Source of the DNA: Podarcis liolepis | Lineage: Eukaryota | DNA: 64,000 nucleotides | Reading direction: 5' to 3' (one strand) | NCBI GenBank assembly: GCA_965112155.1 | Contig: OZ218109.1 | Shown: piece after piece, positions 11,647 through 24,241 of the stretch | Layout: every line of letters starts with the position of its first letter | Position numbering within the stretch: the stretch's first letter is position 1 | The notes under the pieces: model-generated | What the model was told of the DNA's origin: nothing | Database searches by the model: none | What the model saw: the letters and a program-made list of their open reading frames with translations, nothing else | Translations under genes and position numbers: made by a program

Positions 11647-12009
11647 CAGTGGTGCCCCGCAAGACGAATGCCTTGCAAGACGGAAAACCCGCTAGACGAA
11701 AGGGTTTTCCGTTTTTGAGCTGCTTCGCAAGACGATTTTCCCCATGGGCTTGCTTTGCAAGACGAAAACGTCTTGCAAGTGTTCCGATTTTTTTTCACTC
11801 CCCCCCATTTTTCTAAGCCACTAAGACTCTAATAGCCTTTTAGCCGCTAATCCGCTAAGCCTTTAATAGCCGCTAAGCCTTTAATAGCCGCTAAACCGCT
11901 AATAGCGCTAATCCGCTAAGCCGCTAATAGGGTTGCTTCGCAAGACGAAAAAACCGCTAGACGAAGAGACTCGCGGAACAGATTAATTTCGTCTTGCGAG
12001 GCACCACTG
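11647..12009. mobile_element. Tigger-like MITE family B with internal (CCGCTAA...) minisatellite
   Basis: TA-CAGTGGTGCCCCGCAAGACGAA ... TTCGTCTTGCGAGGCACCACTG-TA. Confidence 0.9.
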
Positions 12010-13606
12010 TATTGGATGTTAATTTGGGCAGCTTGTTGCCAAATACAGGGCACAATACCACCAAAATGAAGCACTCCAAGTTCCACTGGTTTTAATGGAA
12101 GGCAATCAATCATATGCTTCTATTTCCCACTGAAATCAGAATTGATTAGATCCTGCTAACGTTTGTTCTGGACAAAATGGCACCTCTGCTGTTGCGCGGA
12201 ATGATCTAGTGCAAACAAACAAACAAACAAACAAACAAACAAACTGTTTTATGGCTCGCAACACAATTTTTATTGGATTTCTAAAGTTTTTTTTTTAATT
12301 TTAATGTCATAGCTTTGGCTTTTGAATTGTTTGTGCTAGCTGGGAGATTTGATCAGAAAATGGGAAGCATTAAAGAATTCGCACACACAGCTTTAAAGCA
12401 GTAGCAGAAAAACAAACAATTCTTCTTAATCTCCCTCCCTCTCTTCCCACACACACTCATATGCCAAGAGCAGAAATGTTCAAAGGGCTTAATCAGGTGG
12501 GGTGGGTGATGGCTGGCTACAAGAAACATGAACCGGATTTCATTAATGCCAGCATTAGACTTCAGGAAAACGCAGCCCGTGTACCAAGTTGCATAGCTAT
12601 GTAGTGAGAAGTTTATAGCAGATGACTTGGCCTCCTCATTCACCGAAGCTTGTGGGAAAGTATGTGCCTAATATATAAAGTATTAAATGTCACTGATCAG
12701 AGAATGCCAAGCAAAAAGTGATGTTTGTGTGAGCAGCTGTATATTTTTGATGTTACAGGGGATATGTTTGAAACAAAGAAGTTGATCGGTTGCAATAATG
12801 ACATATTTCTTCTGCTGTGTCATTTTCCTTCCCACTTATCCCAAGAAAACATAACAACTGGAGAGTTACGTCAGCGTATCAGATTTTTGTGCAAATGTTT
12901 GGTCACTCCAAGAAACCCCCTTTCCTTAACAAATCTGGCAGATGGGTCCCTTTGGCAGCAGCTGCTGGCCATGTGATTTAAAACTTCCTGTCACTATAAT
13001 TGATGTGTTTTTATTCTTTCCACTTCCTGAAGCCTGATCAGAATTAAAATTTGCCGTTGGAATTTCCTGTCAAAGCAACTCATTTATTCGCTGGGCAGAG
13101 AGGACTGACAGTACTTTGATTGGACATTGCCTTCAGCTATTCTCGGGCAAGGAGATTGCTTCAAATTATACTCCTTTGTGAGGTTTGACTTCCACACACA
13201 CCACATCTGCAAATATATACAGATTGTCCATCATGCGGTAACCTTTTTCCCCCACCCCCTAATGAAAACGCCACATGTAAAATGTTAATGATTTGAATAT
13301 CAAACCCGGCCACCTGCTAAGGGCCCTGGCTTTTCTGTTTACTTAGAAAACCCCACTGAGCCATCAAATCGTTGTCTCCTATCAGGATGCTATAGTTGTT
13401 CACGAGGGAGACGCTAGGCTCCTTTTGACTTACTCTGCAGGGTTTTCATTTTGGTAAATTTGGCCTGATACAATGAGCTTCTGACTGTTACAGTTTTAAC
13501 ATACCGAACACATATTAGTCCAGTAAGTCTTGCGTGTGCTGTGAGTTGTCCGTTTGACCAATGGTTCACTAGGGAACTATGAAGGGGGAAAGTTGCTGTC
13601 TTTTAT

Positions 13607-13860
13607 GGCCCTATCTGCACTGTACATTCAAAGCAGTCTCATATAATTTTAAACTCGTGGCTTCTGCCCCCCCCCAAGCATCATGGGAACTGTAGCTTCT
13701 TAAGGGTGCCGAGAGTTGTTAGGAGACTCCTTATTCACAGAGCTACAATTCCCACAGTGGTTTAACAATAAATTATTTTCAGGGAACTCTGCGAACTGTA
13801 GTTTTGTGAGGGGAATAGGAGTTCCCTAACCATCTGCAGTACCCATGAGAAACTAATGTT
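13607..13860. mobile_element. Palindromic (foldback) MITE, partial
   Basis: Self-complementary gggaactgtagc / gctacaattccc arms. Same family at ~38520-38680 and ~61008-61540. Confidence 0.6.
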
Positions 13861-15116
13861 GTTTCCTTTTCTCCTTAGGATGCTGTTTGTTAATTTATTT
13901 AAGGAATTTTATACTCTGACTTTTGAGCTAATCCTCCACAAAACGCCTTACAGTATTTTAAAATGCAAATCCAGTTCATAAAAACATTTAGTTGCTTTCA
14001 CCCATACTTCCTCCTTCAGACGTGTATTCTAATCCTAGTTATTTGTGGTCACATATCTGAATTCTTTCTGATTTGCTTGTAGAAAGCTTACACAGAGGTT
14101 AGATTCTATCCCACCTTTACTGGACATTCATTCTGATTCGTTTGTGCGGAGGTTATACGATGATAAGTGTTCAACTTTCATTTGACCTTATTTGCTGATG
14201 GGATGTTCATTCATCTTCTCATTAATCCCACACTTTTCAATTCATTTCCCGACTCTTTCCCAATTCCAAAAAAAATCCAATTTGTTTTTAAAGTGGATTT
14301 GCTTCACCAGGGTGACAGAGCTCTTGAATCTGTTCTAATTGCGCAAACCTAAATTTCCCGGTCTGTGCTTAAGTCCCTTCTGCAAAACACTGACAATCTG
14401 TCGAGATGTCTTTTAATAGAGATAACCAAATATTGGTGTCCTATTTTAGCATTAAGAGCAATTGAGGGCTGTGTAGTGGGGCCACTGCTTTTTTTCTTAT
14501 TACGCAGGACCAAAGTTGTTGCTATGTAGGAAAATGCAGGCAATCTTTGTCTGAAATATGCCTGTCCCGGGTTCTCCTCATTTCCCTCAAAGAACCCATT
14601 TCTATTTATATGTGAATGTCTGCATGTTTATATATATTTAAATGCTCCATTTGCTACACTGGTTTTAGCTTCTTGTTAGCATCACTTCTCGTTAGCGTGA
14701 CGTTCTGCAGCAGCAGGGCAGCTGGAAAAACGAAACACGTGTTCGAGATTTATGCAGTGTCTTTATTTTCTTTCATTAGGAGAACCAACAATAATAGGTG
14801 CATATTGTAAGTTAACAGTGCTAAGCAGTATGTTACAGCCATGTCTGACAGACGTGTTGTCCATGGTCATATTTCACATCGGTGAAACAGTGGCCATTTG
14901 CTTTAAAGCAACACGACCTTAAAACAAATCAGAAGCAATATTTAGACTGGGGTCACCATGCTTAGGAAAGCTGAAATCTCCTTGTCCTGTCTTCAGTGTC
15001 AACATTCACCCTGTGTTCCTACCAGACACAGAGCATAGGAGATTTCTTATTGAAGGACTTCGTAAGTATAGAGAAAAGAATGCATTATCTATGAAACATC
15101 TTATCCTAAGTTAAGG

Positions 15117-15474
15117 GCAGGGAACCTTTTTCACCCCAAGGGCCACATTCTGTCCTGGGCAACCATCCAGGGACCACATGGCAGTGGTGGGCGGAGCTAG
15201 AGACAAAAATAGGCGGAGCAACAAATGTAATTCTTACCTTTTGGGGGCTAATCTCTACACACACTCATACACTCTCACTCAATATAATCTGTCTAGACAA
15301 CCAAGAGGCAATATTAGAGGACAAGGACGCGTTCCAACCAGGCAAAAACACCTAGTAAAGGTGTGAAGCAGGTGTGGCTGGGAAAGGCGTGTGGCCTGGG
15401 GAAGAGTCCTGAGGTCAAGGTGGAGAGGCTCGGAGGGCTGCATTCGGCCCCCACACATGAAGTTCCCTGCTTCT
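15117..15474. mobile_element. Older hAT-like element, same family as 8527-8914
   Basis: Shared gaacctttttt...gggccacattc...gtggtgggcggagc...gcattcggcccc blocks. Confidence 0.65.
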
Positions 15475-17832
15475 GTGCTAAGTAATACTCCACTTCTTTT
15501 GAAGAAACCTCAAGGGACCTTCTTCGAGAACGTTATTAAGTTTGAAACTATAAAACTGTTTGTCTTTGAGCTGTAGGATTTGGGCAGAAATGAGTCATGG
15601 GAACTGACAGGGCCAGACCCAGGTTTGCAAGGTCTTTTAGCAAAGTGCCCTGTGGTTTGGACTGTCTGTGTCAGTGACCTCTCATGGGGCTTTCTGGCAA
15701 GAGTGGGCAAAAGCCCCAAACAGCACTGTGATCACCCTTAGGCTGCTCAAAACTGGCCGTCCCCAACATGAAAACAAAGCATGAGCATTCAGATGATAGA
15801 TGTCGTGTTTCATCTAGCCATACTTTCCTGAGCTGATTCAAGTCATGTGCATTTCAGTGTGTGTGTGAATCAAAATGTTACTTTTTCAAAACATTTGGTT
15901 TCAGTACTGTGACAGCAACCTTGGAGTCTCTGAAGTGGCTCTGTGTTTGTTCAGTAATGGAGAAGTCCATTTCAGCCATTACAGAAGATGAACGTGCTTG
16001 CTTTGCAACACACTAGGTGACCATAATTGCTCTGTTTTTTTTTCCTTTTCTCTTTTTATAGTTAAAAGCATGGGACATCTTATTCAACTGGATGCTCTAA
16101 TCAATGGTTTGATTCACTGCAAAATTTCTTTAAATAACAACAACAACAACCTAAAATTCTGTTGCAAAGTTGATAAATATCTGTTCAGTTTAGCGTTATT
16201 TTAAAAACCTAAGCAGTGAGGAGTGGAAATTGATTTGCCTGCATATATACTGTCAGTTAAAACTCTCCATTGTATGTATGAATGTATAAACGGCCTGTTG
16301 GCATTGCCTTTTTCTGGGCAGGAAAAAGGCAACACTATGCAAAGTGGTTACTCTATCCTTTGAGGGTTGAGAGTATGGGAGTTAGATCTGTGCCTGAAAT
16401 AGAGGGAAATAAAGTATGCCAAGTAAATTTATAGCAGTGAACTGGATCATGCCGGAAGGTGTTTCTTCTCGAATGTCTTCCACAACTGAAGCAACAACCA
16501 GCATGTCTGATTGGTGGCGTGAATCAGTCTGTACTCTGTTTATCGCTAGTCAATGTATTTTCCTGCTCTTGACAAAAATGTCATCTGAATACTTCTTTGT
16601 GAGTATAAGCCATAATTTAGCTTGCTGGCACCCAGTCCAGATTTGGAAGCTTTCAAGTGGCAAGTGTAACTGCGGCTTGTGCTCGTGGCAGGCAATTGCT
16701 TTCCTTTCTGTTTCGCTCTTGCCATGAAAATGGATCCCTGTAACCAGGGAAAACGAAGTGATTTGTTGGTGTGGCTTTTGCTGGGTTGTATATATGGCCT
16801 TCTTTTCTTTCCTCCTGCAGAAGATTTAGCAAACTTTTTCTTGACTCTCCTCTGCCCTACATGGCCATAAACCTTTGCCCTAATTTGAAAATGTTGTGGC
16901 TGGTGATCGCTTTCTCTCTTTTCGATAGGAAGTTAAGAATTGGGGATTATTTGGCTTGTGGATTTACAAACTCTCTGTTGCTTGAATCTCTGTGAAGAAA
17001 TGTTCCCTTGGAATTATGAATGGGGAGGAAGTAATGAATACAAAGCATTTAACGTTGTTCTTTGTGAGTGTTAAAAACGCGTCATATGCATTGTCTCACT
17101 TAAAATGGTGTTTTTGCCCACCTTGTGCCTTCCGAATGCTTTAAATGCCCAACTCCTATTGGCACCAGCCAACATGGCCAAGGGTCAGGGATGATCAGAG
17201 CTGTAGTTCCAAACATTGGGCGGCACCACATGGGGGAAGGCTGTTTAGAGCAGCAACTCTGAAAGGCTGGCCGGTATGATAATCTCCATATTATAGATTA
17301 TATTATTGAGGCTCAGAAACAGGCTTGCCTATGGCACTGTCAAGGACTGGCTGGATGATGAGGAGTGGTGGGAGGTGCCTGCTGGGGAACCTCCAAAGGA
17401 AAATCCCAGGAAAGGAAGGCTCAGAACCTGGGGATTGGTGGTGGGTCATCGAGGAGAAGATTGAGAGGAGGTGCCTGATGCTGAAGGGGTAACAGGGTTC
17501 AGTGAGCATAACACTAGAGCTTGTGGACATCCAACAGGGCTGAATGGTGGAAGATCCAAGACAGAGGAAAGAAAGTATTGCTTCATTGTGCTTAGTTAAA
17601 CCATGGAACTTGCTCTCACAAAAGACAGTGGTGGCCACCAGCCTGGGTGGCCTTAGGCAAATTCATGGAATACAAGGCTACCATTGACTACTAGCCCTGA
17701 TGGCTATGTTCTGCCTCCGCTGTCAGAGGCATTACTGGGAATTGCAACTGGGCAGAATGCTTTTGGATTCATGTCCAGTTTGCAGGTTTCCCCCAGGCAT
17801 CTGGTTGGCCACTGTGAGAAGATGAAGTTGAA

Positions 17833-17952
17833 CTAGAATAGACTAGAATAGAATTTAGAATAGAATTTAGAATAGAATTTAGAATAGAATTTAGAATAGA
17901 ATTTAGAATAGAATTTAGAATAGAATTTAGAATAGAATTTAGAATAGAATTT
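17833..17952. repeat. 12-bp tandem array (TAGAATTTAGAA)n, about 9 copies
   Basis: Seen directly; abuts a minus-strand LINE-like 3' end. Confidence 0.95.
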
Positions 17953-18059
17953 ATTATTTATACCCCGTCCATCTGGCTGGGTTTCCTCAGCCACTCTGGG
18001 CTGCTTCCAACAAAGCATTAAAATACAGTAGTCTGTTAAACATTAAAAGCTTCCCTAAA
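17950..18059 (-). mobile_element. Young LINE (probably L2-clade) 3' terminal fragment
   Basis: ttatttataccccgtccatctggctgggtttcctcagccactctggg; the same end occurs at 28004-28068 with an (AAT)n tail. Confidence 0.6.
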
Positions 18060-18253
18060 GCTTTGGCCTGATCCAGCAGGCTTCTCTTGTGCTCTTAAGC
18101 AAATGTCTACTGTGGTCTTAGTGTCACTTTTCAGTATGACTGGGAGGGAAAACTTACAAGAATTTCATCACAACTCTCTCATATACGATGAAAATTGCAT
18201 CCAGCTCCTAAATACTTGGAGTGAGGCAAAAGGTGGATACTTCATTGACTATT

Positions 18254-18660
18254 AAGGTAAAAGGTAATGGTAAAGGACCCCTGGATGGTTAAGTCCAGTC
18301 AAAGGCGACTATGGGGTTGAGGTGCTCATCTCGCTTTCAGGCCGAGGGAGCCAGCGTTTGTCCACAGACAGCTTTCCGGGTCATGTGGCCATTATAACTA
18401 AACCACTTCCGGCACAACGGGATACCGTGACGGAAACCAAAGCGCACAGAAATGCCGTTTACCTTCCCGCCACAACGGTACCTATTTATCTACTTGCACT
18501 GGCGTGCTTTTGAACTGCTAGGTTGGCAGAAGCTGGGACAGAGCACTGGAAGTTTACCCCATCGAGCAGATTTGAACCGCTGAGCTTCCGATCAGCAGGC
18601 CCAAGAGGCTCAGTGATTTAGACTACAGCGCCACCCGCATCCCGTCTGCGTCTTTACCTG
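18254..18660 (-). mobile_element. Sauria SINE (Squam1), older copy
   Basis: Reverse-complement similarity to 6326-6676; (AAAGGT)n tail; TSD TTGACTATT (18245-18253 / 18661-18669). Confidence 0.88.
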
Positions 18661-20915
18661 TTGACTATTCATTGTCATTAATATTTGTTTTCTGCACCTC
18701 TTGTCCTTGTTCTAAAAGCTTTACAACTTCAACTTTCTCAAGGACTACAGGTTTTGTTAAAGGGCTTAAGGCCATTGTGTGACTACCACGGCCAAACTGG
18801 AATTTGAACGTGGGTTTCTCATATCCAAACTTGGTTCATGAATTTATTTTGTAGTGAGCCACTACCTCAAGATGAAATGAAGCAGCAGGAGAAGCAAGGA
18901 CGTATAGGGGCATGTTGTCAGGGTTCAGCAGCAGTCTGGAGCCAGGAGTCTGCGCTGAAGAACAATTTGGTTTAGTGGGCAAATTAGGATGTAGGATCAG
19001 AGAACAAGCCAGGAGTCAGTACGGAAGAGTAAATCAAGATTGGAGCGCAATGCAAAATGTGGTATTGGGGAACAAACTAGGAATTGGGACCAAGGAGCAG
19101 GACCAGCACTGCAAGGCACATCAGAGATCAGGTTGGTCAGCCAATCTCATTGGGTTTGCCTAAGTATTGTCCACATTGCCCATTATCAGCTACTTTCAAG
19201 AGCAGTTTTCCAAACAACGCACTAGAATTACATTGCCTTCAAGTATATCGCCAGAACAAACAACATATGTTCTTCAGGATTTTTCAGGAGGTACACTACA
19301 CTGACCGCTTAGCTGTTTTTAATCCATGCATAGAGATGGTACAGCAACAGTAAGTTTGCATTTCTTATCTTTAACCTTAAGACAAAAAGTGAAACAGCCA
19401 GCAGAGTGTGCTGCTGACTTAAAATAAACACGGTCTTTACTTTCTGCTGCTTCATCTGACTTCTGTTTTGCAAAACTTAGATTTATTTCCTTTATTATGC
19501 CTCAAAGGGAAAAAAAAGTAAGGGGGGGCGGGGAGAGTGCACCATTTCATCAGAGTCCAAATAGTTCAGTGTTGCCTTTTTCTCAAGAAACTTTTGCAAA
19601 AGCATTACACTAAGGAAATATTTTGAATAATTGGTAATGTTAGCAGAAGCCAGGAGAAGTCTCATCATTTTGACCAATGGTCCCCCCCCCCGCCTCTTTT
19701 TAAGTTTGATATTCCCTTTCTGAAAGTCTCTCTCAGTCTAGTCCCCCCAAAAGTGTTTACCTTTCCAGTTTTCCAGCTGACCTTACCAGTTATCCTCTGA
19801 CCTATGTTATGATCTCAAAACATCTGGGAAACCCTGGCAACTCTCGCACGTGGGGAGTTGAGCTTGTACAGAGTCTCTCAGCACCTTTCATTTTACTTAC
19901 TTGGAAATTGCTGCTCTATTCCCTAAAAGTCTGGATAAGGACTAGTGATGGATTGTATTTGAAACACACTTGGATATATTTAATCTATCTATTTTCTTTC
20001 TCTCTGGCTACATTGAAGAAGTAGGATTTCTGTGCACTTGAAGTGAACTGAAGTGTTATAGAAGACTTCAGATCAGCCTTTTAATCTGGTGCCTTCCTGG
20101 ATGGGGCTGATGGGAGTGTGGGCACCAGGTTGGTCAAGGCTGCTTGGTGTAGATGCTTAGTTTACATCATGTGGATGCTCTTTGAGTTTACAGGCTAGCT
20201 AGATGTTGGAATTAGAAGGCCGATAAAATATCTCCTTTTAGTGATGGATGCCTTTCCTGTGCTTGCTTGGGTTTGGATTTCATGAAAATCTGAGCTCTCA
20301 CTTCTCAGTGGAAAACTCTGAGCTCTCAAGATGAATGAAAGGCAGTTAATTCATATATCAGGGATGGGGAACCTGTGGTCCTCCAGATGTTTTTGGACGC
20401 CAGCTCCCAATAGCCCAGCTATCACAGCCAATGGTTATGGATGCTGGGAATTATAGCTCAACAACAGCTGGGGGCGGGGCAAGTTCCCTGATATATAGAG
20501 AAATCAGCCAAATGTCTGATTATGTTGTGTGTTTCAAGTCTTCATTCTATAAAGGTCCTGCATTTTTTCATGATAGGAAAGATCAAGCCACCTTGGATTA
20601 TTTAACTTGTCAGGTTGGTTCATCGCTCATTCACAACCTTATCCTGGGTTAGGTGTCAGCAGTGCATTTTTTTTTGGGGGGGTAAAAAATGAAGTGGCAT
20701 TGGTGCCAGCACAAAATGGCGGCCATAGGTAGTAAAAAAAGAGAGATGCTGGTATATTCTGTACCAGTGAGTACTGTAACACACCCACAAGCCCTGGATA
20801 TCAGACCTTGTATGTGTGTGTTTGTTTGGTGGGTGAGGTAGAGGTGTGAATTTCACCCAGATGTGCCCACCAAGGTACTTGGTAGAGTACTAATGTAAGC
20901 TGGAGCACCAGTGAT

Positions 20916-20916
<1 letters not shown>

Positions 20917-20952
<36 letters not shown>
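20917..20952. repeat. (GT)n microsatellite
   Basis: Seen directly. Confidence 0.95.
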
Positions 20953-20954
<2 letters not shown>

Positions 20955-21229
20955 CAGGAGGAGTGTTCTTCTCTTTCGTGATACCCTGGCTTCCGAATTC
21001 CCTTGAAATTCAGTAGTCATCAGTGTTGATGTTGGTCTGATGCCAGCTTAAAGCATGGGTGTTTACAAAGTTATTTTATACTGAGCTGGTTGTTTTCAGT
21101 CTATTTTATTTATTAAAGACTAGCAGAAAGTGCCTCACATTGCACAGGAAACCATTCGAAGAAAGAAAGAAAAAATCAGTGGTTTTAAATCAGTGGCTAA
21201 GAAGCATTGCAGTTTTGAAAGGTTCAGTC

Positions 21230-21335
21230 CATCTTCTTAAGTCAAGATGGCATCCAATTTCATCCAAACATAGACAAAAAATGCTCTTTGATTTCAGGAA
21301 CCATTATGTAAAATTTGGTTATGATATCTTAAGAG
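21230..21335. repeat. Unclassified interspersed repeat (inverted homologue at ~62746-62850)
   Basis: Reverse complement cttaagatatcataaccaaattttacataatggttcc...ttggatgaaattggatgccat aligns with cttaagatagcacaaccaaattttgtgtgatggttc...ttggataaaattgggtgccat. Confidence 0.65.
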
Positions 21336-22257
21336 GTTGTCAAAATGTATACAGGACAGACAAAAAGACAAAACAAATGCCCAATACATAGATTAGATTG
21401 TTTTGCATTCTTCATCAATAAGCCCAAGAGCAGGTTACATCAATACAATATAAAACAATACTATAAAATAAATAGAATAAATAGATAAAATATAATAAAA
21501 CAATTCCATAACTCCAACTCACAGAAAGAAGAAAAAGACAGCACTAATTCTTTCATCAATTTAATAAAAAGTGACAATTCTTCACCCCACCCCTTTTCCA
21601 AAAGCCAAGCAAAAGAAGGACATCTTGTTCTGTTTCCTAAAATAATATAGTCAAAACCAGACTTAATGTTTGTATGGTGTGCTTTCACTGAATGTTTCAC
21701 TAGTTTTCAGAGTGATTCTCTTATTGGAGAATTCACAAGTGATAAATCTGACTATGTAAAGAAGGAAGTAGAGCTATGTAATTTATTTGACTTCCAGGTC
21801 AATTCCTGGTGGTGTAGATACCTAGCTGTAGACTAGTTCTTCCAATTCCTGAATATTGGAAACTAATTGTCGAGTCATACCACAATACTGATGTGTTGAG
21901 AAATTAAGCAGAGCATGGCCAAACAGAGCTTGTCACATGGAGATGGGCTTCCATATTTGTTTGGCCATGCATCAGCTTTCATCTCAACCCAGATTCGCTC
22001 CATCATGGTCCAACCCCAGTTTTGGTAGCCTTGCCACTGGTAGCCAAACTAAATGTTAGTGGTAAAGCATCCAGGTGACCTCTTCAGCAACTGACATACC
22101 CTGTCCATTTTCTTGACATGCACCAAATCCATTGTATAAACTGGACCTCACAGAATGTGTTGTTTTTCTTGCTTTAGTTTCTCATTCTTAGCTCTGGGAC
22201 ACTGATTTGTGTTGGTTTCCTGCATTATGGAATCATAACAAGAGGGACTTTCTAACC

Positions 22258-22512
22258 CAGGGGTAGGCAACCTAAGGCCTGTGGGCTGGATGCGGCCCAA
22301 TCACCTTCTCAGTCCGGCCCATGGACGGTCCGGGAATCAGTGTGTTTTTACATTAGTAGAATGAGTGCTTTTATTTAAAATGCATCTCTGGGTTATTTGT
22401 GGGGCATAGGAATTCGTTCATTATTATTTTTTCTTCAAAATATAGTTCGGCCCACCACATGGTCTGAGGGACGGTGGACCGGCCCACGGCTGAAAAAGGT
22501 TGCTGACCCCTG
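22258..22512. mobile_element. hAT-Charlie-type MITE
   Basis: TIR CAGGGGTAGGCAAC / GTTGCTGACCCCTG; 8-bp TSD TTCTAACC / TTCTAGCC. Confidence 0.85.
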
Positions 22513-22613
22513 TTCTAGCCCTTAATGTTGATTGGGGAAAAGTGGGTGGGTGGGTGGGTTGGTTAGGATGAGTGGAAACCCGAGATAGGGAAGACAGAGG
22601 ATGAAAAGGTTTA

Positions 22614-22822
22614 CAGTCATACCTCAGAAGTCGAACGGAATCTGTTCTGGAAGTCCGATTGACTTCCAAAACGTTCGGAAACCAAGGCATGGCTTCCGAT
22701 TGGCTGCAGGACATTCGGGTTCCAAAGAACATTCACAAACCAGAACACTCACTTCCGGGTTTGCAGTGTTCGGGAGCCAAATCGGACGAGTACCAAGGCG
22801 TTCAGCAACCAAGGTACGACTG
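22614..22822. mobile_element. Tigger-like MITE family C
   Basis: TA-CAGTCATACCT ... AGGTACGACTG-TA; CpG-rich interior. Confidence 0.8.
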
Positions 22823-23925
22823 TACTATGAAGTAGAAGCAAATAAGAGCCAACCTGGAATCAGACTTAGGACCAAATGTGCATTTTTCCTTTGGAAAAGT
22901 AGAGTGAAAATTTTCAAGCAACTGACCATCCTTTCTTTGCTGGAATGTCTGAAGCTGCTCAGCGAAAACAAAGTACATGGCCTAGTACAGCTGGGAGCCC
23001 AAAAGCCAGCAACTTAACTTTAGATTATATCCATCCACAATGTTACTTTTGTCTCTTGGGCAAATGTGAAGAAGTCACATTTGTTCTCTGAAAGGTCTGA
23101 TGCAGAGAATCCTGCCGTCAGAGCAGAGGGAGGCTGGCATCTCCCCTTGCAGATTGTCTCAGCTTTTGTGGCTGCCGAATCAGCAGACTGTAGAACAATG
23201 CATCCATTTTCACAGCCAAGGCTGTGAGACCAAAATGTCTAGATACATTTCATATCGAAAGGAACACAAGCCTAACAAAAGGGGGGAGGTCCTCCTTCTT
23301 TACCTTTTAAAAAACATATTTTAGTTTTGCCGTTCTCATTGCAGTGTAACACAGAACATCCCTCGGAGGTCAAATATTTCCCTCCGTGACATAAATGTTA
23401 GGCTGATTAGGCTACGTTGAGCTTTGCTATCTATGGGCCACAGAAGCTCCCAGAGATGAAAGAGAAATTCAATTCAGTTTGCATTTAAAGGTGAACCAAC
23501 CCAATTCACAGTTTACAAAACAAGGTGCAAAAAGCATCATTGTTGACTTCTCATATTGACATTAATGGGACTGAAAACATGCAAACCCTGTTTATATAGG
23601 GCCATATCTAATTGTGCCCCTCCACTAATGAAAGGCACTTTGATCCAGCAGGAGCTCCTATCGGGTGAACAGGGAAGGAGCTTATTTTTGCCCATATATA
23701 TTCTTCCTCCAATCCTCTGACCACCTCCAACAATGTTCAAAAGGGTTCTCCAACCCTCTGGAGCAGATGGGCGGGGTGATGAGGACCACATATGTGAAAA
23801 CCACCTTCCTTCCCCATTCTGCTGACAGAAGCCTCGGCTGGATCATTAGCAGTGGGACACCACTGAATACAACCTGGAATACAAGGTCTGCACCTTGTAT
23901 TTCCCATTGGGCAATTGCAGAAATA

Positions 23926-24241
23926 CAGTGGTGCCTCGCAAGACGAAAAGAATCTGTTCTGTGATTCTCTTCGTCTAGCGGTTTTTTCGTCTTGCGAAGC
24001 AAGCCCATTGACGGTTTAGCGGATTAGCGCTTTTAGAGGCTTTTAGCGGCTTATCTGCTGATCGGATCAGCTGATAAGCGGCTTAGCAGCTTAGAAAAAG
24101 GGGGGGGGGAGGAGGAAAAAAACCAGCAGGAACTAGCAAGCCCATAGGAGATTCGTTTTGCAAAGCACCTCCAAAACGGAAAACTCTTTCGTCTAGCGAG
24201 TTTTCCGTCTTGCGAGGCATTCGTCTTGCGGGGCACCACTG
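23926..24241. mobile_element. Tigger-like MITE family B (inverted relative to 11647 copy)
   Basis: TA-CAGTGGTGCCTCGCAAGACGAA ... TTCGTCTTGCGGGGCACCACTG-TA. Confidence 0.9.

Noticed and set aside
13860-13880. Strong acceptor-like site ttccttttctccttag as a missed DYNC1I1 exon
   Set aside because: The downstream sequence is AT-rich with no dynein-like translation or clear donor.
17337-17560. Purine-rich TG-starting segment, possible Gypsy LTR fragment (similar impression at ~18916-19160)
   Set aside because: No second LTR, CA end, PBS/PPT or TSD could be established, so it is too weak to list.
17833-18018. ORF with (KFYS)n repeats; array superficially CRISPR-like
   Set aside because: A head-to-tail 12-bp tandem repeat with no spacers and no cas genes; the peptide is a translation artefact.
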